Below are positions 36,259-45,251 of a stretch of DNA of 64,000 nucleotides, in pieces. The translations under genes and the position numbers were made by a program. Source of the DNA: an uncultured Candidatus Binatia bacterium (GTDB lineage Bacteria; Desulfobacterota; Binatia; UBA9968; JAJDTQ01); NCBI GenBank assembly GCA_965204505.1, contig CBDBFB010000004.1, positions 235,449-299,448 on the forward strand. Direction: 5' to 3'. The notes below the pieces were generated by a model. It ran no database searches, had not been told where the DNA came from, and saw only the letters and a program-made list of their open reading frames with translations. Each line of letters starts with the position of its first letter. Position 1 is the first letter of the stretch.

Positions 36259-36419
36259 TGTCCTGTCCCAGGTAATTCTATACCGATATGCTTGTCTTTC
36301 TTGTCGTCGGCTGCGTTGCTCTTCCTCGCGTGGTGCCCGCCACTGCTCGTCATCGCGCCTTGCCGACCACAAGAAATCCGGCGCATCTCGGTAAAGAATT
36401 ACCTGGGACAGGACACTAG
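36255..36419. mobile_element. MITE copy E3 (165 bp)
   Basis: ~95% identical to E2 including 24-bp TIRs. Confidence 0.85.
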
Positions 36420-36447
36420 CCTGTACCCGTTTCCCATTGCTCCCGAC

Positions 36448-37032
36448 GTGGATGTCTGCGCAAACAGATTCGATATTCTCGGGACCCGGGCGCCGAAGAC
36501 CGTCGCCGGCGACGACTTCCGGCCCGCGGCGGTTCTGGCTCCCATTCAGGAGCGCCGCGACGGAGACCACCTCATCCTGACGTTGCGGGCGGACAACCTG
36601 AGTTCCCACAGCGGTCAGGTGGCGTTTCCCGGCGGCAGGGTCGACCCGGACGACGACGGCCCGCTGGCCACGGCGTTGCGGGAGACGGAGGAAGAGATCG
36701 GCGTCGATCCCGGCCACGTGCGCGTCCTGGGCCAGCTCGACCAGGTGTTCGCGGGCTACAACTTCCTGGTGACCCCTTTCGTGGGGCTGATTCCCTACCC
36801 GTACGAGTTTCGTCCCGACCCGCGGGAGACGGCCGAGGTGTTCTCCGTGCCGGTGGCCGCGCTGTTGCGCCAGGATGCGCTCACGCTCGACTCCCGCCTG
36901 TCGCAGAGGTCGGAACCCATCTACCACTTTCAATATCGGGAGTGGGACATCTGGGGGGCCACGGCGCGGATGGTCAAGCAGTTGCTCGAGCTCGTGTACG
37001 GCTACGAGGCGAAAGCGGCAAGGCCGTCGTGA
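36448..37032 (+). CDS. NUDIX hydrolase, CoA pyrophosphatase (NudL)-like
   Basis: Nudix box GGRVDPDDDGPLATALRETEEEIGV; GTG at 36448 is first start after MITE E3 (ORF-track start at 36292 lies inside the MITE and is rejected); start uncertain. Confidence 0.6.
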   Translation: MDVCANRFDILGTRAPKTVAGDDFRPAAVLAPIQERRDGDHLILTLRADNLSSHSGQVAFPGGRVDPDDDGPLATALRETEEEIGVDPGHVRVLGQLDQVFAGYNFLVTPFVGLIPYPYEFRPDPRETAEVFSVPVAALLRQDALTLDSRLSQRSEPIYHFQYREWDIWGATARMVKQLLELVYGYEAKAARPS

Positions 37033-37068
37033 CGGCCGGCGGAAGCTCGGCGCGGGGTCTGGACGGCG

Positions 37069-37377
37069 TCAGTCGAGGTCGATGTCCTTGAGGGGCTTCT
37101 CGATGGGCTCGGCCTTGGCCTTCTTGAACAGCTCCTGGAACTTGCGGTCCAGCACCTTGCCCTTGTCCTTTTCCGCATCGAGAATGTGGCGGTACTTCTG
37201 ATCGCGCTGTGTCGCCTCTTCCCGGAGCAGGCGGCCGGCGTCCTTGAGATCCGGCGCCCTGTGCTGCGGCGGCGGCACCTCGTGCCGCAACACCACCGCC
37301 AGCGACGGGTCCACGATCAGGGTCGCGCCGCAGCAGGGGCAGTCCAGCTTGATCGTCGTGGCTTCCTGGTCCGGCAT
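37069..37377 (-). CDS. Small zinc-ribbon protein, hypothetical
   Basis: 102 aa with CPCCGATL CxxC motif; ATG 37375-37377. Confidence 0.4.
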   Translation of the reverse strand: MPDQEATTIKLDCPCCGATLIVDPSLAVVLRHEVPPPQHRAPDLKDAGRLLREEATQRDQKYRHILDAEKDKGKVLDRKFQELFKKAKAEPIEKPLKDIDLD

Positions 37378-37411
37378 GGGATCTTCCTCGCCGCGCTGCC
37401 GGCGGCATCGG

Positions 37412-37780
37412 CTAGCCGCGGAGCTCGATCTGCTCGCCGTCGGGGCCGCCGAAGACGACCCGGCGCCAGCCTTCCTCCCGCGGCTCCCGCGCCGCGGTCC
37501 GGTGGGGTTCCCTCAACAGCGTCACGCCGCGCCGTTGCAACTCCGCGACGGTCTCGTCGAAGCTGTCGGTCTCAAGACAGAAGTGAAAACCGGCCATGGA
37601 GCCGTCGCTCCTGTGAGTCAGCTCCAGCACGGTGTCTCCCAGCTTGAGGTACGCGATCTGCATCCCCGCCGTGGCCTGGTGCTGGAAGTATCTCCGGAAG
37701 CCGAAGTTCTCCTCGTAGAAGGCAATGGTACGATCCAGATCCGCGACATGGAGCGCGACGTGGTCGATCCTCTTGAACAT
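37412..37780 (-). CDS. VOC-family (glyoxalase/bleomycin-resistance/dioxygenase fold) protein
   Basis: MFKRIDHVALHVADLDRTIAFYEENFGF typical VOC N-terminus; ATG 37778-37780. Confidence 0.7.
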   Translation of the reverse strand: MFKRIDHVALHVADLDRTIAFYEENFGFRRYFQHQATAGMQIAYLKLGDTVLELTHRSDGSMAGFHFCLETDSFDETVAELQRRGVTLLREPHRTAAREPREEGWRRVVFGGPDGEQIELRG

Positions 37781-37890
37781 GGCCGTGTCCCTGTCCCCGT
37801 ATAACACGATTGCGGTGTAAAGTCCCGGTTGTTCGTTTCATCGCCACCTTCCCGCCGCGTTCCTTGCATCCCTTCGGTCGATTCTGCACC

Positions 37891-38586
37891 ATGGTCCGGT
37901 CCATGCCTGTCTATCGCTTGACCCGGGAGCTCGTTTTCCCCCACCCTCGCGAGGCGGAACCGAACGGGCTGCTGGCGGTGGGTGGCGACCTCGGCAGCGG
38001 GCGTCTCCTGCTGGCGTACTCCATGGGCATCTTTCCCTGGTACAGCGACGGGCAGCCGATCCTGTGGTGGTCCCCGGACCCCCGTTGCGTCCTGGAACTG
38101 GAGGACTTCCACGTCTCCAGGCGGCTGCGGCGCGTGTTGAACCAGGGGCGGTTCCGGGTGAGTTTCGATGAAGACTTCCGCGCCGTGATCCGTGCCTGCG
38201 CTGCCGTCGAGCGGCCGGGTCAGGAAGGCACGTGGATTACCGCTGAAATGGAACAGGCCTACGTGCTTCTTTACGAAGCAGGCCTGGCCCACTCGGTGGA
38301 ATGCCGGCTCGGCGCCGACCTTGTCGGAGGCATCTACGGGATCGCCCTGGGCCGGGGGTTCTTCGGCGAGTCGATGTTCCACCGGGAGCGGGACGCCTCC
38401 AAGGTGGCGCTGGCGCGGCTGGTGGAACGGCTCGCGGGTTGGGGCTTCCATTTCATCGACGTGCAGGTTACAACCTCCCATATGCTGAGCCTCGGCGCCC
38501 GGGAGGTGCCGCGGACGGCCTTCCTGGAGAGGCTGGAAGCGGCGTTGCGCCATCCGACCCGGCGCGGCAGTTGGCGGGACGTGTAG
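37891..38586 (+). CDS. aat: Leucyl/phenylalanyl-tRNA--protein transferase
   Basis: EPNGLLAVGGDL, GIFPWYSDGQPILWWSPDPR and FGESMFH motifs characteristic of Aat; start ATG 37891 or 37903 uncertain. Confidence 0.8.
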   Translation: MVRSMPVYRLTRELVFPHPREAEPNGLLAVGGDLGSGRLLLAYSMGIFPWYSDGQPILWWSPDPRCVLELEDFHVSRRLRRVLNQGRFRVSFDEDFRAVIRACAAVERPGQEGTWITAEMEQAYVLLYEAGLAHSVECRLGADLVGGIYGIALGRGFFGESMFHRERDASKVALARLVERLAGWGFHFIDVQVTTSHMLSLGAREVPRTAFLERLEAALRHPTRRGSWRDV

Positions 38587-38663
38587 GGGCGGGTTTCAAA
38601 CCCCCGCGGCCGGCCAACACCCGAGAGCCGGCAGACCATCCACGATGAAGGGAGGGGCCTCGG

Positions 38664-38849
38664 ATGGCCACGGTCAAGCAAGCGTTTACCTACAAGTATC
38701 AGTCAACCAAGAACTCGGAAATCGAGGAAGCGAGCTTCTCGCCGGGGGACGAGGTAGAGGTGGTGAAGGAGTGGGACAACGATATGGCCCTGGTGAGGAA
38801 CGGCGACGGCGTCGTTTTCAACGTGCCGAAGAAAAACCTCGACATGTAA
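38664..38849 (+). CDS. Small hypothetical protein (61 aa, SH3/Tudor-like)
   Basis: ATG preceded by GGGAGGGG; lower local GC. Confidence 0.4.
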   Translation: MATVKQAFTYKYQSTKNSEIEEASFSPGDEVEVVKEWDNDMALVRNGDGVVFNVPKKNLDM

Positions 38850-38880
38850 GATGCGTGTGGGCAGGCAGGCCTGCCGCCGG

Positions 38881-40113
38881 TCACCCGCCGCGGAACTCGT
38901 CCGGGAAGAGCCGGAGGGCGCTCTCGATGGGCGGGCCGGGCATGTTGATCAGGCTGCAGAAACCTTTCCCCTTGTTGAACTCGATCACCTTCCCGAACTG
39001 CTCCAGCAGCGCATCGTTCCCCTGGCCCTCCTGAACCTTCTTGAGCAGCGCCACCAGCATGTTGGTTTCCATGCGGCAGGCCGGGCACTGGCCGCAGGAT
39101 TCCCGAGCGAAGAAATCCGCGATCCGCGCCACCTCATCCACCACCGAGTCGTCTTCGGTCAGGACCTTGACGACGCCGCAGCCGATGGACGAGGCCGCCT
39201 CGCGCAGGGAATCGTGATCCAGCGGAATGTCGAGGTTTTCGGGCAGCAGGAACCCCGATGACGGGCCTCCCGGCAGAACGGCCTTGATGCGCTTGCCGCC
39301 CTTCAGGCCGCCGCCGCATTCCTCCACGAGGTGGCGCAGCGGGGTGCCCAGGGGGAGCTCGTAGACCCCGGGCCTCTCCATCTCGTCCCCGAGCGAGAAG
39401 ATCATGGTCCCGGTGCTCTCGGCGGTGCCGAAGGACCGGAACCACTCCGGTCCCCTGGCGACGATGGGCGCGATATTGGCCAGCGTCTCCACGTTGTTGA
39501 CCAGGCTGGGCTTGCCGAACAGGCCTTCGGTCACCGGAAACGGCGGCTTCTGCCGGGGCAGCGGCTCCTTCCCCTCGATCACCTCCAGCGCGGCGGTGTC
39601 CTCTCCGGCCACGTAGTTGGACGGCGCCGCAACGATCACGAGCTCCAGGCTGAAACCGGAGCCGGCGATGTCATCGCCCCAGTAGCCGGCCTCCCGGGCT
39701 TCGCGCATGGCGTTCTCGACCGCGCCGGTGGCGGCGTCATAGCCGTGATTGATGTAGAGGTAGGCATTCTCCGCCTGCACCGCGTAGGCCGCGAGAATGA
39801 TCCCATCGAGGATGAGATGGGGGACGTTCTCCATGAGGACGCGGTCCTTGTGGCTGCCGGGCTCGTCCTCGCCTCCGTTCATGACCACGTAGTGGGGGGT
39901 ATCGGGACATTCCAGGGTCAGGGCGAGCTTCCTGGAGGCGGGAAACCCCGCGCCGCCCCGGCCGCGCAGGCCGGAGGCTTCCACTCTCGCGATGACTTCT
40001 TGGGGGGACAGCTCTCCCAGGCGCGCAAGAGCCTCGTAACCGCCTCTCGAACGGTAGGCGTCAAGCCCCTCGAGTCCCTCCACCACGCCTCGCGGGAACA
40101 GGATGCCTTCCAT
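38881..40113 (-). CDS. NuoF-like NADH-binding flavoprotein (51-kDa subunit family; FMN, 4Fe-4S)
   Basis: GRGGAGFP FMN/NADH motif, ESCGQCPACR 4Fe-4S motif. Confidence 0.85.
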   Translation of the reverse strand: MEGILFPRGVVEGLEGLDAYRSRGGYEALARLGELSPQEVIARVEASGLRGRGGAGFPASRKLALTLECPDTPHYVVMNGGEDEPGSHKDRVLMENVPHLILDGIILAAYAVQAENAYLYINHGYDAATGAVENAMREAREAGYWGDDIAGSGFSLELVIVAAPSNYVAGEDTAALEVIEGKEPLPRQKPPFPVTEGLFGKPSLVNNVETLANIAPIVARGPEWFRSFGTAESTGTMIFSLGDEMERPGVYELPLGTPLRHLVEECGGGLKGGKRIKAVLPGGPSSGFLLPENLDIPLDHDSLREAASSIGCGVVKVLTEDDSVVDEVARIADFFARESCGQCPACRMETNMLVALLKKVQEGQGNDALLEQFGKVIEFNKGKGFCSLINMPGPPIESALRLFPDEFRGG

Positions 40114-40118
40114 GACGG

Positions 40119-40442
40119 CTAGAACACTCCGGTGTCGAGCAACTGGTAGATGAGCTCCTTGAGGGAAGGATCGATCTTGTCGAGACGTTCCACGTGCGGG
40201 CCGCCGGCCAGGTGTTCGACGATCTCGTCAACGTCCTCTTTCTTGACTCCGGCATACCAGCACTTGTCGGGATAGACGACCATGTTGGGGCCTTCCTGAC
40301 AGGCGCCGAAACACATGTAGGAACGCACCTCCACGTCGCCCAGCCCCTTGGCCGCCACCCGCTCCTGCAGCTCCTTCATCAACTCTTCGGAGCCTCGACT
40401 CTTGCAGTCGACATTCTGACAGACGAGGCAGAAACGATTCAC
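40119..40442 (-). CDS. NuoE-like thioredoxin-fold [2Fe-2S] ferredoxin (24-kDa subunit family)
   Basis: CLVCQNVDC...CFGACQEGP Cys pattern; GTG start; 5 nt upstream of NuoF-like gene. Confidence 0.7.
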   Translation of the reverse strand: MNRFCLVCQNVDCKSRGSEELMKELQERVAAKGLGDVEVRSYMCFGACQEGPNMVVYPDKCWYAGVKKEDVDEIVEHLAGGPHVERLDKIDPSLKELIYQLLDTGVF

Positions 40443-40663
40443 GAGATTCTCCTTGCTCGCAACGGGAGAAAAACCGCACGGCCGGCGCGGTCTTTCGAGG
40501 GATTCTCCGTCCGCGAGGAGGCGGGCGACCAGTTCATCTGAAGAACCCAGTCCTTGAAGGTCTCGTTCAGGACGCGCTCGTCCCCGGCGTCGGGAAGCAC
40601 CCTGGAAAGATGTTTCTCATATTCCGACTCGGAGAGCAAATCGCCGTGGACGCCGTAGCGCAT
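40439..40663 (-). CDS. Small hypothetical protein, possibly coupled upstream of NuoE-like gene
   Basis: 74-aa ORF, stop overlaps NuoE-like GTG (GTGA); no motif. Confidence 0.25.
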   Translation of the reverse strand: MRYGVHGDLLSESEYEKHLSRVLPDAGDERVLNETFKDWVLQMNWSPASSRTENPSKDRAGRAVFLPLRARRIS

Positions 40664-40768
40664 TCCGGCGTGGTCTTTGCTCTTTTCTTTGGCCCGGATT
40701 TGTGAAAGAAAGCAGGTTCAAGTTCGTGCGACATCTTGCAACGTGAAAGAAAACTCAGGAGGTTCGTT

Positions 40769-41803
40769 ATGACCAGTCGATTTCTCCGTATCCTCATGGT
40801 TTCGGCGCTTGTCCTTGCGCTGGTCCCGTCTCTGGCGATGGGAGCTGACGACTTCTTCAAGGGCAAGACCATTCGTTTCGTGGTCGGATTCTCTCCGGGC
40901 GGCGGGTTCGACACCTACACCCGGCTGATTGCCCGCTACTTCGGCAAAAATGTCCCCGGCAACCCCAGGACGGTGGTCCAGAACCGGACCGGCGCCGGCA
41001 GCATGATCGCCGCCAACTACATCTACGCCAAGGCCAAGCCCGACGGCCTGACCATCGGCAACTGGATCGGCCCCCTGGTGCTGCAGCACGTGCTCGGCAA
41101 GAAGGGCATCCGGTTCGACGGGCGCAAGTTCAACTGGCTCGGTGTCCCGTCCACGGACGACAACACCTGTGCGCTCACCAAGGCCAGCGGCATCAGCAAC
41201 GTCAAGGAGTGGCTCAACTCCAAGAGGCCGGTCAAGATCGGCGCCACCGGTCCCGGCTCGACCACCGATGACGTGCCCAAGCTGATCAAGGCCGCAACGG
41301 ACCTGCCGATACAGATCATCGAGGGTTACGGCGGTACCGCGATCATACGGCTGGCGGCGGAAAAGGGCGAGATCGACGGCGGCTGCTGGGCGTGGCAGTC
41401 CATCAAGCCGACCTGGAGCCAGGGTATCGAAAGCGGCAACGTCAAGCCCGTCCTCCAGGTGGGCCCCGACAAGCATCCTGACCTCAAGGACGTGGGGGTG
41501 GCATTCGATTTGGCCAAGGGCGACACCGGCAAGAAGCTGTTGGGGGTGGCGGCTGACGTCTACCGCGCCCTGTCGCGGCCCTACAGCCTGCCGCCCGGAG
41601 TGCCCGCGGACCGGGTCAAGACGCTCCAGAAGGCGTTCGCGGATACCTTGAAAGACCCCGAGCTGGTCGCCGCCGCCAAGAAGGCGAAGGTGGAGTTGAA
41701 CCCGCACGACGGCAATTGGGTGGCGAAGAAGATGCAGGGGCTCTACGACATGGACGCCGACACGTTGGCCTTGTTGAAGAAGACCCTATTGCCGAAAAAG
41801 TAG
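40769..41803 (+). CDS. TctC/Bug-like periplasmic substrate-binding protein, paralog 2
   Basis: ATG 40769 after AGGAGG; signal peptide; KTIRFVVGFSPGGGFDTYTRL; directly upstream of TctA/TctB permease gene. Confidence 0.65.
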   Translation: MTSRFLRILMVSALVLALVPSLAMGADDFFKGKTIRFVVGFSPGGGFDTYTRLIARYFGKNVPGNPRTVVQNRTGAGSMIAANYIYAKAKPDGLTIGNWIGPLVLQHVLGKKGIRFDGRKFNWLGVPSTDDNTCALTKASGISNVKEWLNSKRPVKIGATGPGSTTDDVPKLIKAATDLPIQIIEGYGGTAIIRLAAEKGEIDGGCWAWQSIKPTWSQGIESGNVKPVLQVGPDKHPDLKDVGVAFDLAKGDTGKKLLGVAADVYRALSRPYSLPPGVPADRVKTLQKAFADTLKDPELVAAAKKAKVELNPHDGNWVAKKMQGLYDMDADTLALLKKTLLPKK

Positions 41804-41926
41804 CTACGCATCACGGGGAGGAGACGGTCTTCCGGCCACGCGTGGCGTGTGCCGGGAGACCGTTCAGCGTTTACCCGGGTCCTCTCTTTGACCCGGGTTC
41901 ATTTCCTTCGCTGAAAGTCAGGCATC

Positions 41927-43951
41927 ATGGGCGAAATGGTTCAGGCCTTCGGGGCCGGCCTAGCACAGGTTTTCACGGCGACCACGTTCACGCTCATGAT
42001 TCTGGGCATCGTGATCGGTTTCGCCGTGGGCATTCTGCCCGGCCTCGGCGGCCCGGTCACGCTGGCGCTGATGCTGCCGTTCATCTTCAAGATGGAGGCG
42101 GTGGAAGCGTTCGCCTTCCTCCTGGGCATGTCCGCGGTCACCGCCACCACCGGGGACATCACCTCCATCCTGTTCGGCATACCGGGCGAGGCCATTACCG
42201 CGTCCACCATTGTCGACGGCCATCCCATGGCCAAGAAGGGCGAGGCCGGGCGCGCTCTGGGGGCGTCGCTCATGAGCTCGCTGGTGGGGGCCATCTTCGG
42301 CGCCTTCGCCCTCGCCCTCGCCATCCCCATCGTCCGGCCGCTGGTGCTGGCCATCGGGTCGCCGGAGTTCTTCATGCTGGCGCTCCTGGGGGTGACCTTT
42401 TTAGCCTCCTTGAGCGGTGAGGCCGTCATCCGGGGCCTCACCGCCGCCGCCCTCGGGCTCATGCTCGCAACCGTGGGACTCGATCCGATCTCCGGCATCG
42501 AGAGGTTCACCTTCGACAATCTCTATCTATGGGACGGCATCAAGCTGGTGCCGGTGACCCTCGGCCTGTTCGCCATCCCCGAGGTCATCGAGCTCTCGGT
42601 CAAGGGGTCCAGCATCGCGGAAGGGAAGGTGGAGAAGCTGGGCGGGGTGATGGAGGGCATCAAGGACACGTTCCGCCACTGGGGACTGGTGCTGCGCTGC
42701 AGCGCCATCGGCACCTACATCGGGATCATTCCCGGCATGGGAGGCGCCGTCTCGCAGTGGGTTGCCTACGCCCACGCGGTGCAAAGCTCCCCGGACAAGG
42801 AGCGCTTCGGCAAGGGGGCGGTGGAAGGCGTGCTGGGCCCGGGCGCGGCCAACAACTCGAACTTGGGCGGGGCCCTGGTCCCCACCATCGCTTTCGGCGT
42901 CCCGGGCAGCGTCACCATGGCCATCCTGCTGGGGGCTTTCATCATCCAGGGTCTCGTGCCGGGACCGCCGATGCTGGAACCGGCCAGTCGGGGAGGCAAC
43001 CTCGACCTTACGTTCTCGTTCGTATGGATCGTGGTGGTCTCGAACATCATCACCGTCTCCATCTGCATCATCTTCCTCAAGCAACTGGCGCGCATCACCG
43101 AGGTGCGCGGCAGCCTGGTGCTGCCGTTCCTGCTGGTGCTCATCTACCTGGGCGGGTTCGCCCAGAACAACGCCTTCGAGGACCTCATCGTGGTGCTGGC
43201 CTTCGGGCTCCTGGGCTGGGTCATGGTGCAGCTCGACTGGCCGCGGCCGCCGCTGCTGCTGGGGTTGGTGCTGGGCTCGCTGGCGGAGAAGAACCTCTTC
43301 CTGGCTACTGACAACTACGGCTGGGTGTGGGTGGGCTTCCCCGGGGTCCTGGTCATCGGAACGATCATTCTGGCGGGCATCCTCTATCCCGTCTACCAGC
43401 GGCGGCGCGATGAAAAGCGGAAGTCCGCCGGAGCCGCGCCCGCGGCCGTCCCCGTGCCGGAGATGGAGATGGGCGAGGGCCCCAAGACCCTCAACGTCTG
43501 GCATATCGTCTTCACGGGTGTGCTCCTGGCGGGTTTCACATGGGGCGTGTGGGAGGCGAGGGACTGGGGCTTCCGGGCCAGCCTGTTCCCCTGGGTGATC
43601 GGCTTTCCCGGGATCGTGCTGGCCCTGGCCCAGCTCGAGATCGACGCTGTCGGATTTCTCAAGCAGCGGAAGGCCGCGGTGCCTTCCGAGGCCGTGAACC
43701 CGGTGGTCGTCAGGCGGACGCTGGACATCGTGGGCTGGATCCTCGGCTTCTTCGTGTCCATCTGGCTGCTCGGCTTCTCCATCACGGTGCCGCTTTGCAC
43801 CTTCCTCTTCCTCAAGGTAGGGGCCGCGGAGAAGTGGTTCATCAGCGTCCTGCTGACGCTGGTGGCATGGGCGGGATTCTATTTCGTCTTCGTCTACTCG
43901 TTGAGCCTGCCGTTTCCGCCCGGAACGCTCGTTGAGATGTTCACGGAGTGA
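41927..43951 (+). CDS. Tripartite tricarboxylate transporter permease, TctA fused to C-terminal TctB-like 4-TM domain
   Basis: 674 aa; TctA-like blocks (GILPGLGG, GIPGEAITAS, twofold internal repeat) through ~500 aa, then extra ~170-aa hydrophobic domain. Confidence 0.8.
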   Translation: MGEMVQAFGAGLAQVFTATTFTLMILGIVIGFAVGILPGLGGPVTLALMLPFIFKMEAVEAFAFLLGMSAVTATTGDITSILFGIPGEAITASTIVDGHPMAKKGEAGRALGASLMSSLVGAIFGAFALALAIPIVRPLVLAIGSPEFFMLALLGVTFLASLSGEAVIRGLTAAALGLMLATVGLDPISGIERFTFDNLYLWDGIKLVPVTLGLFAIPEVIELSVKGSSIAEGKVEKLGGVMEGIKDTFRHWGLVLRCSAIGTYIGIIPGMGGAVSQWVAYAHAVQSSPDKERFGKGAVEGVLGPGAANNSNLGGALVPTIAFGVPGSVTMAILLGAFIIQGLVPGPPMLEPASRGGNLDLTFSFVWIVVVSNIITVSICIIFLKQLARITEVRGSLVLPFLLVLIYLGGFAQNNAFEDLIVVLAFGLLGWVMVQLDWPRPPLLLGLVLGSLAEKNLFLATDNYGWVWVGFPGVLVIGTIILAGILYPVYQRRRDEKRKSAGAAPAAVPVPEMEMGEGPKTLNVWHIVFTGVLLAGFTWGVWEARDWGFRASLFPWVIGFPGIVLALAQLEIDAVGFLKQRKAAVPSEAVNPVVVRRTLDIVGWILGFFVSIWLLGFSITVPLCTFLFLKVGAAEKWFISVLLTLVAWAGFYFVFVYSLSLPFPPGTLVEMFTE

Positions 43952-44047
43952 CCGCCACGCGATTGACAGTGCCCGAGGGATGGGACTAGGTTAGTCGTTC
44001 GGCTTCGGCAGGTCCGCCGCCCACGCTCGCAAAGGAGATCGAACCGC

Positions 44048-45190
44048 ATGAAAGTCTACAACTTCGACCTTTTGGCCTATCCGGAGGTCCCCGAGGATGT
44101 CCCCGGTACACCGGTTCCGAGCTCCTACTTCGACCCGCCGGTGGGCTCGCGGAACTACCGGGAGCACCTCGACGAGATGGCCTACTGCGAGGAGTTGGGG
44201 TTCGAGGGCGTGGTCTTCAACGAGCACCACTACAGCGCCTACGGCACCATGCCGTCCCCCAACCTCATCGCCGCGGCCCTGAGCCAGAAGACCAAGCACA
44301 TCAAGATCGGCGTGCTCGGCAACATCCTGCCGTTGCGCCAGCACCCCGTGCGCGTGGCCGAAGAGTACGCCATGATCGACTGCCTGTCCGAGGGCCGCCT
44401 GATCGCCGGCTTCGTCCGCGGCATTCCCTCGGAGTACCTCTGGTACAACGTCAAGCCCCAGGAGTCGCGTGGACGGTTCGGGGAAGCGTTCGACGTTATC
44501 ATGAGAGCTTGGACCGAGCCGGTATGGAGCTACGAGGGCGAGTTCTTCCGGTTCGAGAACTGCGCCATTTGGCCGCGCCCGGTTCAGCAGCCGCACCCGC
44601 CTATCTGGGTGGCGGCGCGCAGCGCGGAGTCCATCGAGTGGTGCGTCAAGCGCCAGGTTCCCATCGCGCAGGTGTACCAGACCACCGACCAGATCGAGGA
44701 CACCTTCAACTACTACCGCAAGGTTGCCAAGGAAGACGGCTGGGAGGGCGGCCCCGACAAGTTCGTCCTCTGCCGCCACATCTACGTGGGCGAGACCGAC
44801 GAGCAGGCCCGCGCCGTCGCCGAGCCGCCGTTGCGGTATTTCTTCACGTTGTGGAACCGCGGCTTCAACGAGGCCAAGACGGAGATCGCCGTCGACCAGC
44901 GCAAGGTCAAGGAAGCCATGGTCAGCGCCAGGTCCGCCAGCTACTTCCGCCCCGGCAACGAGGAACGGGTCAATTTCCACCCCATGAGCTGGGAGCAGCT
45001 CATCGACTCGGGGTTCGTCATCGCCGGCAGCCCCGACACAGTGGCGCGGCAGGTCAACCAGCAGATGAGCCAGATCGGCGCTGACCATTTCATGGGCATG
45101 TTCCACATCGGCAATCTCGCCCACGACAAGGTCATCGACTCCCTGAACCTCTTCCACAAGGAGGTCATGCCAAGGCTGAACGGGGCCTGA
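44048..45190 (+). CDS. LLM-class flavin-dependent oxidoreductase
   Basis: 380 aa with luciferase-like blocks (GFEGVVFNEHH, IGVLGNILPL, IAGSPDTV); ATG after AAAGGAG. Confidence 0.8.
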   Translation: MKVYNFDLLAYPEVPEDVPGTPVPSSYFDPPVGSRNYREHLDEMAYCEELGFEGVVFNEHHYSAYGTMPSPNLIAAALSQKTKHIKIGVLGNILPLRQHPVRVAEEYAMIDCLSEGRLIAGFVRGIPSEYLWYNVKPQESRGRFGEAFDVIMRAWTEPVWSYEGEFFRFENCAIWPRPVQQPHPPIWVAARSAESIEWCVKRQVPIAQVYQTTDQIEDTFNYYRKVAKEDGWEGGPDKFVLCRHIYVGETDEQARAVAEPPLRYFFTLWNRGFNEAKTEIAVDQRKVKEAMVSARSASYFRPGNEERVNFHPMSWEQLIDSGFVIAGSPDTVARQVNQQMSQIGADHFMGMFHIGNLAHDKVIDSLNLFHKEVMPRLNGA

Positions 45191-45251
45191 ACCGAAGAAA
45201 CGGCCGCGTTCCCGACGAGCCTTCGTCAAACAACCCGCGAGGCGGACCAAC

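Noticed and set aside
36292-36447. ORF-track start of the NUDIX gene at 36292 (MSFLSSAALLFLAWCPPLLVIAPCR...)
   Set aside because: The N-terminal 52 codons are the MITE core sequence. The same peptide appears antisense in copy E1 (27077-27316). It is treated as spurious, although read-through is flagged as a finding.
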